Part shown: positions 24,903-35,779 of the stretch, in pieces
How the letters are laid out: every line of letters starts with the position of its first letter
How positions within the stretch are numbered: position 1 is the first letter of the stretch
Assembly: GCA_965112735.1 (NCBI GenBank)
Contig: OZ218963.1
Location: 3,264,160 to 3,328,159, forward strand
From: Phaeosaccion multiseriatum
Taxonomy: Eukaryota; Protista; Ochrophyta, other classes
DNA: 64,000 bases
Direction: 5' to 3'
Position numbers and translations under genes: made by a program
The notes under the pieces: generated by a model
Database searches by the model: none
The model's input: only the letters and a program-made list of their open reading frames with translations
Told to the model about the DNA's origin: nothing

Positions 24903-27900
24903 GTGGGGGTGGTGATGGACCAGGACTTCAGAGGTATGACGCTGGACGAGGCCGTGCGGAGGTCCGCCGAGTGCATGGCCATGGGGATGGGGAGGCTGAT
25001 TTGGTCTGAACAACTCGATCTGACGGAGGGGAAGTGTCTGTGTGTCCTCCAGAAGGACCTGGCCTCGGAGCTCGTCGGGTGGGCGAACGAGGGGATCCAG
25101 AACCGGGCAGACTTGATTGGCATGGACGAGATGTGGGATTTCCTGGATATGTTCTTCTCTTTGGGCATAGTGAGGGTGTCCCTGTCCATGGCCTTCGAGG
25201 ACTGCCGCCGTATGTACCCGCATGGACCGATTCAGATTCATCTTCGCACGCGACGATACCGCAACACACGCCTATCCCCTTGTCATCATCCGGCGGCTTC
25301 CACGACTCAAGTGAGGATGGCACGGGTGTGCGCATGTGGGGGGTGGAGGGCTCTGGAGAGTGTGGTGAGCGATGGACTTTACGCTCCTCTGGTTGCCCCT
25401 GCTTCGATGCTTATGTGGGTGTGTGGGTGTGTGTGCGTAGGTGGACGCCACTTCCACTCCCATGCCCTCCTAAGCCAAGATTCCTTTGTCTCCTCCCTGC
25501 TCTGATACTGCTCACTCCTGGCGGCAGCCGAGTGGTGAGGCCTGGCAGACTCAGTTAGATGCGACGAAGCACTGTGTCGTGTGGGAGAGCGTGGTGCTAC
25601 GCAGGTCCCTCCGATATCAGACGGAGTGGTCGACGACGAGCTCACGAAGAGCAGGTCCAAACAGGTTCCGGTTCGAAAGTGTGACATGCGGAAGGCGGGA
25701 AACGAGGGCTGGGGGGTGGGCATCGCAGCTGAGGCAGCTTAGCTCGTGTACTTCGCCGTTAGGTGCGTTCACTGGGGTGACGATGGATCTGTGGGGCTCG
25801 GAGGGCGCCGGGGAGGGGGGTGTCAATGCTCTGCTGTCTCTGTGCGTCTGAACAACACTCTTCGGGTCCTCTCACTCCTCCGAACATCCCCTTCGCATCG
25901 AATCAGGCTGGACTGGCAAGGCGAGGATACCAAGACGCGTGTGCGTCCTCAAACACAGCACCCTGGAGAAGGCAGTGGAGACCATGTCCTGACTGTCGGT
26001 CGGGGCTTCGCTAGTGAGGAGCTCATAAGCTTCGTTGCAAAGTACCTGGGCATCAGTATCTGCACCATCGCCAAGTCCGGCGTCGCCTTCCACCCGTTTG
26101 TCTAGGAGTTGTCACTACGCACCCCAAACGCCCGAGGGTGAGTAAAGCGCATCCGATTGCTGTTGGACGTGGCCCACGATACGCGCTGTATTTACAGATG
26201 ATGTCTTCTCCAATGGTACTGGCCCTCCCTTCCCTCCTTCCTTCCTTCCTCCTCCCCTTCCCTCCTTCCTTCCTTCCTTCCTTCCTTCCTTACTTACTTC
26301 CTTCCTTCCTTCCTTCCTTCCTTCCTTCCTTCCTTCCTTCCTTTTCTCCTTTCGTCTTTTCTCACCACCCCCCATCCCTACGTCCTTCCACCATTCCTTC
26401 CTTTCTTCCTTCCTTCCTCCCCTCCTTCCTTTCTTTCTTCCTTCCTTCTTTCCTTCCTTCATTCCTCCCTTCCTTCCTTCCTTCCTTCCGTCCTTCCTTC
26501 CTTCCTTCCCTCCGTCCTTCCCTCCGTCCTTCCTTCCCTCCCTCCCTCCCTCCGTCCCTCTCTCCTTCCTTCCTTCCCTCCCTCCCTCCCTCCCTCCTTC
26601 CTTCCTTCCTTCCTTCCATCCTTCCTTCCCTCCTTCCTTCCTTCCCTCCCTCCCTCCCTCCGTCCTTCCTTCCTTCCCTCCCCTCCGTCCCTCCCTCCTT
26701 CCTTCCGTCCCTCACATCTTCCTTCCTTGCCTCCCTCCCTCCCTCCCTCCCTCCCTCCCTCCTTCCTTCCTTCCCGTGTTCCTTCCTTCCTTCCTTCCTT
26801 CCTTCCCTCCTTCCTTCCTTCCTTCCCTCCTTCCTTCCTTCCTTCCTTCCTTCCTTCCTTCCTTTCTTCCATCCATCCTTCCTTCCCTCCCTCCCTCCCT
26901 CCCTCCTTCTTCCTTCCTTCCCTCCGTCCCTCCCTCCTTCCTTCCGTCCCTCCCATCTTCCCTCCTTCCTTCCTTTCTTGCCTCCTTCCTTCCTTTCCTC
27001 CCTCCCATCTTCCTTCCTTCCGTCCTTCCTTCCCTCCCTCCCTCCTTCCTTCCGCCCCTCCCATCCTCCTTCCCTCCCTCCTCCCTCCCTTCCTTCCTGC
27101 CTTCCTCCCCCCCCCCCCCCCCCCAACACACACACACACCCTCCCTCTCGCCCTCTTTCGATCGGTCTCTGCACACGCCCCCCCCCCCCCTCTTCCTTCC
27201 CTCCCTCTCTCCTTCTATCCTTTCCTCTCCCTCTCTCTTCCTCTCCCTCTCTCTTCCTCTCCCTCCCCTCCCCACCTCTCTCCCTCCATCCCCCCCCCCC
27301 CCCTCGCTGTGTCTCTGCCCACATGTGCCCCTTTCTCTCTCCCCTGTATCCCGCCCCCCCCCCGCCCGCCCGCTCCCTCTCCCTCTCCCTCGCCAGCCGT
27401 CCCTTCACTACCATACCATGATGTCCTGTCTCCTCACCACGAACACAACGGGGAAAGGTTGGCCCCCCGAGTAGGCTCGAAGAAACACGTCATGCGCGAT
27501 GCACGCGGGAAGCACTCCGTCCTCTGCTGGCTCTGCAGGCAGGGTGTCGAAGACGAGCGTGCAGTGTGACACGTGTGGCGCCTTTCTGTGCCACCAGCCC
27601 CCGAAAGACAACCGGACATATGCGTGCAGCTTCCGTTGGCACAACACGAAGAGGCTAACGATACTGCGACAGCCAGTCAAGAAGGGGGCAAAGGGCGGCG
27701 GAGGAGCAGAGGGGCGCCGCCGCGACTCAGCGCCCGCAGCTATGGAGAGAGGGGGGGGGCGCACAGGTCAGACTCGGCGACTGCACTCCTCACCCCGGTG
27801 AAGCGACGGTCAGCGCCGCACGCAGTGCAGGACCCACTCTCCACCGACGACAGCGACAGCAGTAGCGTAACCTCCGCCGTCACTGGTCCCAGCAGGGTCG

Positions 27901-28638
27901 AGTCGAAATCAACTGGAGCAGCGAAGCGACGTCGCACGGAGCCGCCAACCGAGGCCGTAGGCAAGGGAGGGCCGAATGCGCAGAGGCGGGACGGAGGCAT
28001 CGGAGATGTCAGAGGGAGCACAGCAGGCAGGGGTGGGCGCGGAGGAGGGGAAGCTCGTGGTGGAGGAGGGCGCTCGCAAAGGGGGGGGGGCGTACGACGT
28101 GCAGAAGGGAGCGCAGCAGGCAGGGATGGCGCGGAGCGCGAAGGGGGGCATGGCAGGGGGGCAGGGGGGGGGGGAAGCGAGTCGCGGCGGAGGAGAGAGC
28201 ACATCATCCAAGGGGGGCAGCAAAGGGAGGCGTGGTGGAAGAGGGAGCACAAGCACGTCAGGGGGGGGAGGAGGGAGGCAGGGTGGGGGGGGGCAAGTGG
28301 AGGAGAGATTGGTGCCGCTAGTAGAGGGAAGACTCCTTCCGGGGGCGGAGGAGGGGGTGGAAGTGGAGATGGGGGCACAGTAGGGGGTGATTCGAAGACA
28401 GCGCCGGCTCACGGCACTGGGAGAAGCAGAACCCCCCCCCGCCTTCTCGCAGGGGTGCCCCTACGGTGACGCCTGCAAAGCCGTCGGACCCACTACCCTC
28501 GACGCCTGCAAAAAAGACAAATGCGTTAGAATTTCACACCACGTGTGCATTGTCGAGTACGCGGCTGCAAAGGGGGGTGACGAAGACGCGTGCGACCGCC
28601 GCTGCAGGCCGTGTGTCGACGCCGTGCTACAGTCGTAG
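24903..28638 (+). pseudogene. Decayed piggyBac-like (DDD) transposase with Cys-rich C-terminal domain
   Basis: VVDDELTKSRSK..RKAGNEG (first Asp region) is followed by an in-frame TAG (~25740). HVLTVGRGFASEELI..GISICTIAK is the second-Asp motif with D lost. CWLC..KTSVQCDTCGAFLC..CSFRWH resembles the piggyBac cysteine-rich domain but is frameshifted. No intact TTAA/CCC left end was found. Confidence 0.6.
26224..27392. repeat. ~1.2 kb homopyrimidine (CCTT/CCCT)n degenerate microsatellite
   Basis: Almost purely C/T on the + strand, built from CCTT/CCCT tetramers. The ORFs here are repeat artefacts. Confidence 0.95.
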
Positions 28639-29172
28639 AAAATAGGAGATAAATGCATTTTAATCCCCACCCACTGCAAGCAAAACGAAAACGAGAGATG
28701 GGGTAGGCCACGGACCCGCCCATGTGTCTGGCGCCAAGCCATGAGCGCCAGGGCCCACGGCCCCCCAAACCCCCCGAGCCGTTCTGCACGCCACAGACGT
28801 CCCCAAAGCCCAAGATTGGCGTGAGAGTGAGACAAGAGTGCCCCTAGCAGTGCTAGAAGCGCTCCGGCGGGGCGACGGCCCAAAAAGTAGGTACACCTCC
28901 GCAAACGTTGAAACCCTCTGGAGAGGGTTTAAAAATTCTACTCCTCTCTTTTTCCGATCAACCTACCTACATTTGCTCTCCTCGAAAATGTACAAGAACC
29001 TCGCTCACCCAGCGACGGGGCCTCATCCTGCAAAAGAGGGGCGAGATTGGAGGCACACAGCAGGTCCATCCCTGTCCCCCAATCTCTACTTTACTACTTC
29101 CTCGCCTTCCTCGCTTGTGACCAATGCTCACTGCTCGGGGCGGGCTTGGTCGAAGATTGCCATCAGCTGCCA

Positions 29173-31046
29173 TCAATTCATGGCGTGCACCTTCTTCTTG
29201 ATGCCCGCAATGGCCTTGCCTGGGTTGAGGTGCTTGGGGCATGTCTTGGAGCAGTTGAGAATGGTGTGGCAGCGAAACAGCCTGCAAAGAACGAGCGGAG
29301 AGGGCGGCACACAGCACAAGTGAGTGGGTGTGTAAGGCAAAGCCTTTGTCGAGTGTGCGCGATCGGTCACAAGTTCCTCCGAGGCCGCTGTGCACCGCAA
29401 GCCGCCGCTGTGGAAGGGGCATCCAACCACACCATATCGAGGGCATGCACCCACCCATCCACCCTCTTCCCCGGCCTGGGATAGCAGCACCATCAACTGC
29501 GAGGGGCTGATTCACTCACTTGAAGGCATCGTCCAGCTGCTCGAGACGCTCGTTGGTGATTTGATCGCGAGAGTCCTCAATCCAGCGATAGGCCTGTGTG
29601 TGCGGGGAGTCAGTCGGAGAAAGAGAGGGTTCTTCTTCGTTGGCGAGGTGAATGGCTTTCGTACGATATTTGCATCTTGGACACATACACATCCAGTACC
29701 ATATCCGAGGAAGTTGTTCCCAAGCAACTGCCTTGAGAGTAGGTACACGGATGCTACTAGACTTGCCTGCATGAGAACGGCCGGCCCCAGGTACGTGTCC
29801 GCGTTCCACCAGTAGGAGGGGCACGAGGACGAGCAGCACGCACACAAAATGCACTCGTACATTCCGTCCAGCTGAGAGGGAAAGAGAGAGAGTTGTGAAA
29901 GGAGGAACGCCAGGGGACAGGGGGAAGAAGGCTGTGAGGTAATTCCGTCAAGCGGTGGTTGCAGACACACGTCTGCAACTTCCAAGAATTGCGTGAACAT
30001 CCAATAACGTGGTCAACTTCATGACGAGAGGCGAGACAAGATAGGCACTCATCGGCCCACGTACCTTCTTGCGGTCCTGCTTGGATTGCAGAAACTCTCT
30101 CCCGTCCTCAGGCGTGTTGTCGTTGTGGAGCCAAGGCTTGATGCTCTTGTACTGGTCGTAAAAGTTGGTCAGATCGGGCACCAGGTCCTTGACCACATAC
30201 ATGTGCGGCAAAGGGTTGATCTGCACCTCCCCCTGGGTCATGGTAGGACTGCCTCCCTCCTTTGCGGACTTGTCCACCGAGCAGAGGCAAGCCAGCGTGT
30301 TCTTGCCATTGACGTTCATCGCACAAGAGCCGCAAATGCCCTCACGGCACGAGCGGCGAAAAGTTAACGTGGGGTCCTGGAATGTGGAGCAAGAGGAGGC
30401 GGGGGAGCGGGGAGAGGTAGAGGAGGGAGAGAGAGGATGAGCGGAAGAGGTAAGCGAGGATAGAGGAGGCATGGGGAAGGGGTGGCAGCCCACCTGCTCC
30501 GCCTTGATCTTGATGAGCGCATCCAGCACCATGGGGCCGCACTCGTCCATGTTCACATCGTACGACTGCAGGCGCGGCTTGTCCTCTGTTGCCGGGTCCC
30601 ATCGGTAGACCTACTCGCGGGAGGATCGATGAGCGGGGTCAGGCATGAGGCGGCGAGAGACACAGAAAGCATTCATAAACGCGTCGAAGGCGAGCGGCCG
30701 CGGAGTGCTGGGGCACTCTTTACCAGAGCATTGGACGGAAGGGAAAGGTCGGCTTTGAGTTTGCAGGGCAGGAAATGCTCCCCCCTCCCCGTTGTAACTG
30801 CACCGCCTTTCGGAGGCGGATCCCTCCACATTAGCTCGCAGGCATGGCCAAAGCAGCCGCGTACTGCAGCAGCAGGTCCAGGGAGCCGCTCACCTTGAAC
30901 GTCTGCATCTTCGAAGGCGCCTTAGTGGTGGAGAGAGCTCTCCTCCCCCCCACAGAGAGGCCCCTCCTGGCGAACACGGCTCCCACTGCGCTTGTTGCTC
31001 TTCTTGCTGCTGCTGCTGCTGCTGCAGCAGCCGGTACTCCCGACAT
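29173..31046 (-). CDS. SDHB: Succinate dehydrogenase iron-sulfur subunit (mitochondrial precursor)
   Basis: Ala/Arg-rich presequence, then [53 protein letters not shown] and [20 protein letters not shown]. Confidence 0.97.
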
Positions 31047-31206
31047 CTCTTGTAAGTATTCTTGTTACCTTGCCGCAGTTCCCTCTCTACGCCCTTCCCT
31101 CTCTTTTCACTTCTGCGAAATGACGCGGAAGCTGTGTGTGTTTGTTTCATGTTTCAAGGACCCGCCGACACCAAAATTAGTACTTAGTAGGAAACAAGCC
31201 GAAGAG

Positions 31207-33571
31207 ATGGGAACGAAGAAGCGGCAACGGCCCTACACGGACACCGCGCGGAGGTGTGGGTGTGTGTGGGTATGTACTGCTGCTGCATGGGGCGTGGCGG
31301 GCTTCTCGGCGGCCGCTCCCCGCAGCAGCTTGCGCAGCATCGGCAGAGGGAGCAGAGAATGGCGCTCGCAGCAGGGCTCTCTTGCTTCGGCTCGTGAATC
31401 CTCGCTGTCTGCCCGTGACCAGCAGCTGCAGCGACAGGCCGGGAGTTTGGTGGGCCGTGGGAGGAGCAGGCAGCAGCGGGCTTCCCGGCCAAGTCGTGTC
31501 GATTCCGATCAGGGCGATGAGGAGGAGAAGCCGCGCTCCCCTGTAGTCTTGTCGAACTGGTTCGACGAAGTGTTTGTGGAGGATGAGAGCGTGGGCAGGG
31601 AGGGGGAGAGAGAGGAAGAGGCGGGCCGCCCGCTGGACTCATCAGCGTCTCAGGGGCTCACCACGACGGAGTACCTAGAGCTGCTGTCGACGAGGAGCCA
31701 AGCAGCGGCTGTTGATGACACAACGACGACTCCTGCGACGAAGAGTAGGATTGGTGGAAGGCACGAGGCGGCATCAAGGGCAGACGGCAACAGCCGCGAC
31801 TTCGCATGTGATTATGGACGAGCAGAAGGGGAGCAGGAGGAGGTGGTGGAGGAGGAGGAAGAGGAGAACGAGGGGGAGGAGGAGGCGGAGGAGGAAGAGG
31901 AAGAGGATTGGCATGAGGGCACCCCTCGGAGGTTTCAGAAGCTCGTGTCTCAGTTGTGGAAGGACATCAACGCCGATAACTTGCTGGGATACATGGGGTT
32001 GGTGGAGCAGGAGCAGATCAAGCAAGCTCTTGTATTGGTTTCGGCGTACGCGGCCCTTAGCGATCTTCCCGCCTTTCATATGGGAGTCGGCACCAGCAGC
32101 GGGAGAGGTGGGATTGGTAGTGCCCTGAAAAAGCACAGCCCAGGCGAAGGAGCCGCGGATGCTGGTGGCGATGGGGGGTGGGTGGGCATCATCACGACCA
32201 GCAGCAGCAGCAGCATGACTGTGAGTGGAGCGGTGGGGGGTGAAGGAGATATTCCTGTGACAACACCGCAGGCGGCCTTCAGGCAGATGGACAGTGACGG
32301 AGACGGGGAGGTTACTTTCTTGGAATTCAGCGATTGGTACCGTAGTAGATTGGCAGGCGAAGATGGGGAGAAGAGCAAGTGGCCACGCGCTGAAGAGGAG
32401 GAGCAAGAAGAGAAGAAGGAGGAGCAGAGTGATGTTTACGACAAGGAGAACAGCAAAGAGACTGAAAGGGGTGCAGAGGGGAAGAGATATGTGGCGAGGG
32501 GTAGCACTGGGGGAGAGCCCATGTCCTTGCATGAGGCGGTGAAGCGGCAGCAAAGGCAGCAAGAGTACCGCCGGCAGCAGCGCACAGTGTATCCCCTCTC
32601 CTCATCCTTTTACGTCTCAATTACCACAAAGGACACAGCATCGGTTCCACCGAAAGCGGCACCAGCGGCACCAGCGGGAGGAGCAGCAATGGATGGGAAT
32701 GCAGAGGGATACGAGAATGATGTGGTAGAGAGCGGCAGTCGCGAGTCCTTCAACCCCAATGTCCTGTACCCTCCCGAAGGGGAGGACGACAGACTCACTG
32801 GGGAGAGGACACAGAAGCTCCGGGATGCATGGCTAGCTGGACACGCGTCAAGTCGCAGCTTATCAGGGTCCGCAGCGGAGTGGAAAGAGGGTAGAGGGCA
32901 CACAAATGCTGCTGCAGGAGGAGCAGGGCGAGGAGGGAGCATGTGGAGGGGTAAGAAGAGGAAAGCATCATCGAGGACGAGCGCAGCTGCGGATGCCCTT
33001 GACAAGAGCCTCACGATAGTAAGGATCCTCGTCAGGGGCCATGCCGACCACGAAACCATCATCGCTGCCCTCTCAAGGTACAGTAGAGAGGGAGAGGGAG
33101 GGGGGGTGGCCAGATTTCGAGAAGAAGTGGACAAGGAGGCTCTTCTCGGGCTTCCCCATTCCAAGTCGCAGCAGGACACATCCTTTCGCACTTGGGCCTG
33201 CCTTCTAACACTTGTGTTCGCTGTCGCCGTGTATGTGTGTGTGTCGTCTCTCTATCTCATAGTGGCTTGATGGTATCCCCCGAAGGGCAGTATGACCTGG
33301 ACATGATTGAGCACCAGTTCGGCAAGGTTATCAGGGGCATCGTGGAAGGCCGGTGCGTGCAGAGGAGGAGGAGGAGGAGGAGGAAGAGGAGGAGGAGGAG
33401 GAGGAGGAGGAGGAAGGGAAGGGAGGTGAAGGAGGAGGAGGAGGAGGAGGAGGAAGGGAAGGGAGGTGAAGGAAGAGAAGAAGGAAAGGTGAAGGAAGAG
33501 GAACAACAGAAGGCTCTTGATTTGCGTGGAGATGCAGCTTGATTTGGAGCCCAATTCATGCTCACTCCATC

Positions 33572-33611
<40 letters not shown>

Positions 33612-34400
33612 CCTCCTTTACCCTCCCTTTTCCTTCCAGAAATTTTCTCGAGCGTATCTGTGAGCCGTCCAGTTCGGAAAGGTCTCGCGCGCTCAAAGCC
33701 TCAGCCCCCAACGCCCGTGCCGCTGCCCTCGACCTGGATGACCACCACGCCCGCATCCTTCGAGATTATCTCGTGCAAGGAAGCAAGGACGTTCGTGCGG
33801 TGGTGGTTCACATGGCGGACTTGCTCTTTCGCATGCGCTCGCCCCTCGGCCACTTGCTATCCCAGCGACAATCTCTGGCCCTTGAGGCACTTCAGCTGTA
33901 CGTGCCGGTTTCCAACGCTCTTGGGCTGGGGGCAAGGTTTAGAGAACTGGAGGAGATGGGGTATCGCACCCTCTTCCCCGAAAGCTACGATGCTATTGTC
34001 TCGTGGCATTCGAGTGTTTGGGCCCAGGGGCACGCCATGATGGAGAGTGCGAAGCAACGCATCCTGGAAGCTCTTGATGCCCATTACCCCCTCCAAAGCG
34101 TGGTGCTGCACTACAGCATCCAAGGGCGAACGAAAGGAGTGGTGAGCACGTTTCGAAAGGTGTTCCGGGGCAACAAAAGAACAGACCAAGTACACGATCT
34201 CTGGGGCCTTCGGATTGTCATTACGCCAGCAGCAGGCGTGCCAGTACCTTCACCTCTCGGTCAGGAGGAGGGCCCCGGGGTGGGGGGGTATGCGGTCACC
34301 AGTGACGACAGTGTCGAGCGTGCAGGCCATGTTACGGGAGGTCCTGCAATCGACGTCACTCCCGAGCAGGAGTCGTCGGCGGCGTTGAAAGTGGATGGAG

Positions 34401-34435
<35 letters not shown>

Positions 34436-35308
34436 AGAGGAGGAGGAGCAGGAGGAGGAGAAGGAGGGGCGGCAACAGGGGTTGCTCCGAGCTCGGAACC
34501 CTCCGCAGAGTCTGTTGGTGCTGCTCCGTCAAGTCCAGGAGCAGGAACCTTCGCGACGAGCGTGGACCTGGGCGGGGGGGGGCGCGGTGATGAGTGGCTT
34601 ATGGATGTTGCGTCCTCACTCTACACTGAGGCTTCTACCCATGGAATCAACCGCAGGCATGAGAAGCTTGTGGAGGGCTGCTTGGAAGTGGAAGAGAGCA
34701 ACTCCGGTGCTGCTTTGCTGGAGGGATTTAAGGCCCAGTCTCCAGTTGACTCGGACAGATTGAGGGCCCACTCTCCAGTGGACTCGGACAGCGCTGTGGT
34801 CCACGAAGTGCATCGTGTGCTCACCTCTCTGTACCCCACTGTGCCAGGCCGTTGGAAGAACTATGTGGATCATCCCAAGCCAAATGGTGAGGCGAGGGGG
34901 CAAGAGGAGGGGGCGGGGAAGGTAGACACAATGTCTGGCTGGGGGTAGAAGAGAAGAGGATTGGAGCCATGAGATGACCGACTGCCTGATCGTTTCCCTC
35001 GTCTCTCATCAATCAACTTTCGTGGACATGTGGACGCAGGCTATCGGAGTGTACACGACTGCTGTGTCCATCCCTGTGGGCTTGCGTTTGAGGTGCAGAT
35101 TCGCACCCACTCCATGCACTTGGAGGCGGAGGGGGGCGTGGCCGCTCACTCGCTCTACAAGGGAGGAATGAGCATGGAAAGCGAGGCTGACGCTGAGCTC
35201 TTTCGCGCCAAAATATCCGTTGTGGCTCCACCGTCAAGGCAGCTCTTGGCCAAGTCGTCCCGAGGGAGCGGCGGCGGGGGGGAGAGCCAACAGAACCCGC
35301 GTCTGTGA
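31207..35308 (+). CDS. Plastid-targeted RelA/SpoT homologue ((p)ppGpp synthetase) with N-terminal EF-hand and degenerate HD domain
   Basis: Presequence ..WGVAG|FSA; EF-hand AAFRQMDSDGDGEVTFLEF; HD remnant HETIIAALS (no HD..ED). Synthetase motifs QGRTKG..STFRK, HDLWGLRIV, KNYVDHPKPNGYRSVH and FEVQIRT..MH..AE.GVAAH..YK. Confidence 0.88.
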
Positions 35309-35779
35309 AGAATCACACCACATGGTCCTCCCAATTGATATAGGGTAGGCTCCCCTCGCGTAGAGAAACCTTTCGTTAAGGGAGGCACAGCTCTTGTGCG
35401 TCGTGGTACGGAGATCTGTTGCGCCGTGGTCAGCGTGCCGCAACTGAATACACGCCTACGTGTTCTTTTCTGTGCTACAGACAAGTAAAGTAGCACGCAG
35501 CTTGCAAAAAGACAGGGAGCATGGTGCAGGCCTAGGCCATTCCGTGACTTTACCACCTCTTTCCTTATATGCCTCACTTCTAATCATTGTAACACTACAA
35601 TGGTACCGGATAGAGACGAGGAATTATGTAGAGAAGGGTCCATGGCATCGGAGAAAAGCTCGCATTGGCCTCTGCACCACCCAACGGGCAGCAGCAATTC
35701 ATTGTCACTAACTACTCTTTCGCTCGCCCCTCCCCTCCCCATCCCTCCGCTCGCCTCCCGTTCTTATGGAGGTCGTGCT

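Noticed and set aside
26115-27569. Long ORFs (LPSF/GRKE repeats)
   Set aside because: These are translations of the CCTT microsatellite, which lacks stop codons.
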